Origin: Vitrella brassicaformis CCMP3155
Lineage: Eukaryota > Protista > Chromerida
DNA length: 64,000 nucleotides
Reading direction: 5' to 3'
Assembly: GCA_001179505.1 (NCBI GenBank)
Contig: CDMY01000496.1
Span: 1-64,000, forward strand
The notes beneath the pieces are model-generated. The model saw only the letters and a program-made list of their open reading frames with translations, did no database searches and was not told the DNA's origin. Each line of letters starts with the position of its first letter. The stretch's first letter is position 1. Positions 59,401-64,000 of this stretch are shown piece after piece. Position numbers and translations under genes: made by a program.

Positions 59401-62400
59401 CTGAGGTCTTCGGGTCCTGATATGCCTGTGGGGGTTCTCGTGTTGGTCGATAAGCCTGATGGTGATGAGCCCTCTTACGACAGCTTCCTCTCATTCAAGA
59501 GTCTCGAGGGCGGTGATGATGCCGCAAAGTGCACCATCCGGTCGCTGGATTTCATCGGGACGCCTCCATCCCTCGCAGCGACTGCCTCAGTGACGTGCAC
59601 GGTCATCAGCATGATGGTCTCGAAGACGCAAGACGGACCCGCTGGGTCCGAAGTGCCATGGGCCTATCGGGACGGCATGCTGTTGGCACCACGTGAGTAT
59701 CGGACATTGAGGGACATCCCTCTGTCCATCGACCTGTTCCCAGCTGCCCTCCTGTCGGACACAAGGACATCCTCAGGCACGGGAGTGCACGTCAAGTGGG
59801 CAAACGATTGGCAGGTGGCACACAGCAGCACACCAGCTTCCTCACCATCCGCGCACCAAGTGGTGATGTGCATCCATGCACTGGCCCTTCCGCCCTCGGC
59901 ACAAGACGCCGATGATCGCCTGGCTGGTCCCTTGGCATGCGGCGGCATTGTTGCGGAGGTCGGAGATGCCGTTTCACAGCTGAAAGTGGGCGACACGGCG
60001 GCTGGCTGGCTTGAGGATGCTGCACAACAGGTCAGAGCGGACAGGGCCGTCACGGATGCACGCCTTCTGAAGCGCATCGATACCACTGAGACGCCGCCAG
60101 AGGGCAGCTGGACACTCGTCGGGCATCTCGAAGCATCAAGGCGGAATCTCGGGGCCCAGGCGGCTGTAGGCGAGAATGGGCTTCGCATGCTGCTTGACAG
60201 TGTCACCGCAGATGGTCGGGTGACGGTTTGTGAAGAGGACGTGGAAGACACTTTCCGCCTGTCAGATTCCCTGGGGAAGCAGCGAGCGGACAGTGACGAG
60301 ATTCTTGTCCTTCGAATCGGTCGAGGTGCTCCCGCTGGTGCTGTGGACGGCTCATCACCTCCACTGTCCCTGAGTGAGCACCTGTCCGCCTCTATTCAGC
60401 GTGCGATGGAGTCGGATGAAGCACGGCAGTGGGCTGATGGAATTGTGCAAGTTGAGGAGGCCTGTCGTGCATACTGTGAGTCGGCCATCAAGGCTGTCCG
60501 AGAAGCTGATGTGGTCCATCCACATCACCGCAAGGCGTATCGAAGCCTCGTCGACGCTCTGCGGGGCTCAGATCGGNNNNNNNNNNNNNNNNNNNNNNNN
60601 NNNNNNNNNNNNNNNNNNNNNNNNNNNNNNNNNNNNNNNNNNNNNNNNNNNNNNNNNNNNNNNNNNNNNNNNNNNNNNNNNNNNNNNNNNNNNNNNNNNN
60701 NNNNNNNNNNNNNNNNNNNNNNNNNNNNNNNNNNNNNNNNNNNNNNNNNNNNNNNNNNNNNNNNNNNNNNNNNNNNNNNNNNNNNNNNNNNNNNNNNNNN
60801 NNNNNNNNNNNNNNNNNNNNNNNNNNNNNNNNNNNNNNNNNNNNNNNNNNNNNNNNNNNNNNNNNNNNNNNNNNNNGGCATGGGCCTATCGGGACGGCAT
60901 GCTGTTGGCACCACGTGAGTGTCGGACATTGAGGGACATCCCTCTGTCCATCGACCTGTTCCCAGCTGCCCTCCTGTCGGACACAAGGACATCCTCAGGC
61001 AAGGGAGTGCACGTCAAGTGGGCAAACGATTGGCAGGTGGCACACAGCAGCACACCAGCTTCCTCACCATCAGCGCACCAAGTGGTGATGTGCATCCATG
61101 CACTGGCCCTTCCGCCCTCGGCACAAGACGCCGATGATCGCCTGGCTGGTCCCTTGGCATGCGGCGGCATTGTTGCGGAGGTCGGAGATGCCGTTTCACA
61201 CCTGAAAGTGGGCGACACGGCGGCTGGCTGGCTTGAGGATGCTGCACAACAGGTCAGAGCGGACAGGGCCGTCACGGATGCACGCCTTCTGAAGCGCATC
61301 GATACCACTGAGACGCCGCCAGAGGGCAGCTGGACACTCGTCGGCCATCTCGAAGCATCAAGGCGGAATCTCGCGGACCAGGCGGCTGCAGGCGAGAATG
61401 GGCTTCGCATGCTGCTTGACAGTGTCACCGCAAATGGTCGGGTGACAGTTTGTGAAGAGGACGTGGAAGACACTTTCCGCCTGTCAGATTCCCTGGGGAA
61501 GCAGCGAGCGGACAGTGACGAGATTCTTGTCCTTCGAATCGGTCGAGGTGCTCCCGCTGGTGCTGTGGACGGCTCATCACCTGCACTGTCCCTGAGTGAG
61601 CACCTGTCCGCCTCTATTCAGCGTGCGATGGAGTCGGATGAAGCACGGCAGTGGGCTGATGGAATTGTGCAAGTTGAGGAGGCCTGTCGTGCATACTGTG
61701 AGTCGGCCATCAAGGCTGTCCGAGAAACTGATGTGGTCCATCCGCATCACCGCAAGGCGTATCGAAGCCTCGTCGACACTCTGCGGGGCTCAGATCGGGA
61801 CGCTTCCACACGGAGTCCGAAGTTCTCTCTCGAGAGCGCTCCGCAGCAAGTGTCTCACGAGGCCAGCCTCGCGCAAGCTTGCAGCTCTCACCTGATCGAC
61901 GTCCTGAAGGGTGCCGTCGATCCACTGGAGCTCATCTTCCCTGAAGGATCCATGGACTTCGCGACCGCCATGTACCAAGACACCATCCCATCACAGTTCA
62001 GCAACGGTGTGGTCATGGAGGTCGTCGACGCAATATGCAGACATCGGCTGTCAAGTGCCACCGCACAGCGAGTGCACATCTGCGAGGTGGGCGCTGGCAC
62101 TGGTGGCACGACCTCTTGCGTCCTGCCCAAGCTCGATGCCAGCCGGACGACCTACTTCTTCACTGATATAAGCGAGTACTTCCTGCGCAACGCTGCCAAG
62201 CGGTTCGTCGACTACCCCAACGTTGACTACTGCCTGTTCGACGTCGAGAGGGATCCCCGTCACAGCGGCCTTGCGACAGGCATCTTCGACCTGGCGATTG
62301 CCGTCAACGTGCTGCATGCCACGCAAGATCTCCGTGCGACGCTTCGCAACGTGAAGGCGTCTCTGAAGCCTGACGGCCTTCTCATCATATCGGAGCTGAC

Positions 62401-64000
62401 GCGGCACAGCTTCATGCTGCAGACAACATTCGGGCTGGTCGAGGGCTGGTGGCGCTTCATTGACTCGGACCTGCGGCGTGACGGTCCTCTTCTGCCCCAG
62501 TCCGGCTGGCAAAGGGCCTTCCACGACACGGGATTCGTCTTGGAGTACGCAACGCCCAGCGAGGGCATCTTCGGACATCAGAGTGTCATGGTCGTGCGCA
62601 ACGCAGCGGACAGCGGCGTTGCTGTGCCGAGACCCCTGCCGTCCAGCCCTGTCGTGACCTCAAGGAATCAATGCGTCCTGGTGTGCGGCGATATTGATGC
62701 TATTGCCTTGGCAGCAGCTCGAGCCCTCATTCAGCAGGGATGCAAGACCCTCGTCGTTGCCTCATGGGGACCGCCTCCTGCCAATCTGGCCGCGTGGGTG
62801 ACTCACGTGTCTGACGGCATCCGCGTGACGGCCATGAGACTGCGATACGATGCACGAGATCGCGGCATCCGGTGCGGGGGTATGTCGTGGTGTGAAGCCT
62901 TGGCCAAGAGGGAGGGGCCACCCATCACGCGGTGTCTCTGCGTTGTGAATGGACAGTCAGCAGAGGACGACGACCAGCAGCTGATCCGGGCTCGATCATT
63001 GGTTGAGACCGTGCAGGCCCAAGCTCCTGAATCGACCGTCGTCACCCTCGAGGCATTGGGCAAGTTTACCGCAGAATCCCACACTCTCCCTTCTTCGCCT
63101 CTGGTTGAGGCTCTCAGCCGCACTCTGAAGGCCAAGCCCTCTCATCGATCGGCTCTCGTTCGATGGGATGCCTCGCTGCTTCAACTGGATGCCTGCTTCC
63201 TCACTGAAGCGCTGCAAGTGTCCCTGAGCTCGTCGCCCTCGCCAGGCGCCCGACACGTCTTGAGAGTGCAGCGAACCAGTCAGACGGAAAGGACGCCGCC
63301 TGCAGGAGAAGAGACAGGACGAACTCCAACGGCGGGAGTCATTGGCCTGAGTTCGTCACAGCTGCGATCTTACATCCAGTCGGTGGTAGTTGAGTCGGCG
63401 GCTGGTGTGTTAGGACAGGAAGTGGTCGACGTCACTGCGCCGCCTCTGGATTCCCCTCTGCAGGAGCTGGGCATCGACTCACTCGGCGCCGTCNNNNNNN
63501 NNNNNNNNNNNNNNNNNNNNNNNNNNNNNNNNNNNNNNNNNNNNNNNNNNNNNNNNNNNNNNNNNNNNNNNNNNNNNNNNNNNNNNNNNNNNNNNNNNNN
63601 NNNNNNNNNNNNNNNNNNNNNNNNNNNNNNNNNNNNNNNNNNNNNNNNNNNNNNNNNNNNNNNNNNNNNNNNNNNNNNNNNNNNNNNNNNNNNNNNNNNN
63701 NNNNNNNNNNNNNNNNNNNNNNNNNNNNNNNNNNNNNNNNNNNNNNNNNNNNNNNNNNNNNNNNNNNNNNNNNNNNNNNNNNNNNNNNNNNNNGATCGCC
63801 TGGCTGGTCCGTTGGCAAGTGGCGGCATTGTTGCGGAGGTCGGAGATGCCGTTTCACACCTGAAAGTGGGCGACACGGCGGCTGGCTGGCTTGAGGATGC
63901 TGCACAACAGGTCAGAGCGGACAGGGCCGTCACGGATGCACGCCTTCTGAAGCACGTCGATACCACTGCGACGCCGTCAGAGAGCAGCTGGACACTCGTC
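51000..64000 (+). CDS. Modular type I polyketide synthase, AT-less: FAAL-ACP-KS-DH-psiKR-ER-KR-(psiKR-psiER-cMT-psiKR)-ACP..., incomplete, 4 gaps
   Basis: FAAL motifs LQFTSGSTSTPKGVM, SWLPVYHDMGLIG, YGLAENT, LRTGDMG, PKTTA|GKVRR; ACP GVDSI; KS DTACSS/ESHGSGT/NIGHLE; DH HVVLG|VPLMP and HPAILDG; ER LIHAATGGVG; KR ITGGLGGLG; MT EVGAGTGG; ACP GIDSL. An alternative start may lie at 50862. Confidence 0.93.
53560..53780 (+). other. PKS domain: ACP1
   Basis: DTPLHKLGVDSIRALEF...FNQPTMNDIIDFL; phosphopantetheine Ser codon at 53655-53657. Confidence 0.9.
53840..55125 (+). other. PKS domain: ketosynthase with intact Cys-His-His triad
   Basis: EPIAIAGAAC, MDPQQRL, DTACSSS (Cys 54354-54356), ESHGSGT (His 54759-54761), NIGHLE (His 54879-54881), GVSSFGFGGTSAHVILEE. 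Confidence 0.95.
55265..56106 (+). other. PKS domain: dehydratase
   Basis: HPALG, HxxxGxxxxP across intron 55372-55451, YGPRFQ, LHPAILDGALQ. Confidence 0.88.
56900..57900 (+). other. PKS domain: cis enoylreductase
   Basis: PGEMEIRVRAAGLNFRDLL, GGECSGTV, VLIHAATGGVG, DVVLNCL, HIGKIVL. Confidence 0.9.
57970..58960 (+). other. PKS domain: ketoreductase with His at the catalytic Tyr position
   Basis: YVITGGLGGLG, HAAGTLSD, GPKVQGAW, FSSIAG|LLGNFGQSNHAAAN, SIQWGAW. Confidence 0.88.
59657..61798 (+). repeat. Near-identical 920-bp direct repeat inside the PKS (59657-60576 and 60879-61798); third diverged copy at 63794-64000
   Basis: Offset 1222 bp with about 14-15 substitutions seen by eye. The third copy matches 61136-61342 with several more differences. 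Confidence 0.92.
61850..62545 (+). other. PKS domain: SAM-dependent C-methyltransferase
   Basis: LELIFPEG, ICEVGAGTGGTT (62084-62107), YFFTDIS, FDLAIAVNVLHAT, LKPDGLL, FGLVEGWW; the frame is open from 60879 to 63493 by manual translation. Confidence 0.9.
63370..63493 (+). other. PKS domain: ACP2 (truncated by gap)
   Basis: VVESAAGVLG...DSPLQELGIDSLGAV; Ser codon at 63479-63481. Confidence 0.85.

Noticed and set aside
1-64000. rRNA, tRNA or snRNA genes
   Set aside because: No recognisable conserved RNA motifs by eye; a tRNAscan-SE/Infernal run would be needed to exclude small RNAs.

Overview
This is eukaryotic genomic DNA: GC-rich, with very dense short introns full of (CA)n/(TG)n, (GACA)n and (GGAT)n microsatellites. 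That style, plus an apicomplexan-like MCM4 and bipartite plastid-type presequences, points to a chromerid alga such as Vitrella (inference, not verified). There are six placeholder gaps of exactly 300 N. The six-frame ORF track is mostly misleading here, so gene models were rebuilt by hand from splice signals and motifs, and their ends are approximate. Contents in order: a 5'-truncated Ty1/copia RT-RNase H ORF; a PLA2-like Cys-rich gene; several orphan genes; a knottin plus His-rich membrane protein; an OPR/HPR-like helical-repeat protein; a secreted prokineticin/colipase-like protein; an ankyrin/coiled-coil gene; a DHHC palmitoyltransferase; RPC4; a plastid-type alpha/beta hydrolase; MCM4; CSN3; and, from about 51 kb to the window end, a large FAAL-loaded, AT-less modular PKS. 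The PKS is the best candidate for an undescribed system. Its KR has Tyr->His at the catalytic position, a C-methyltransferase sits inside a second, degenerate ER/KR cassette, and that cassette occurs in at least three near-identical copies separated by assembly gaps. Also notable are frequent GC-AG introns and self-complementary AC...GT introns.
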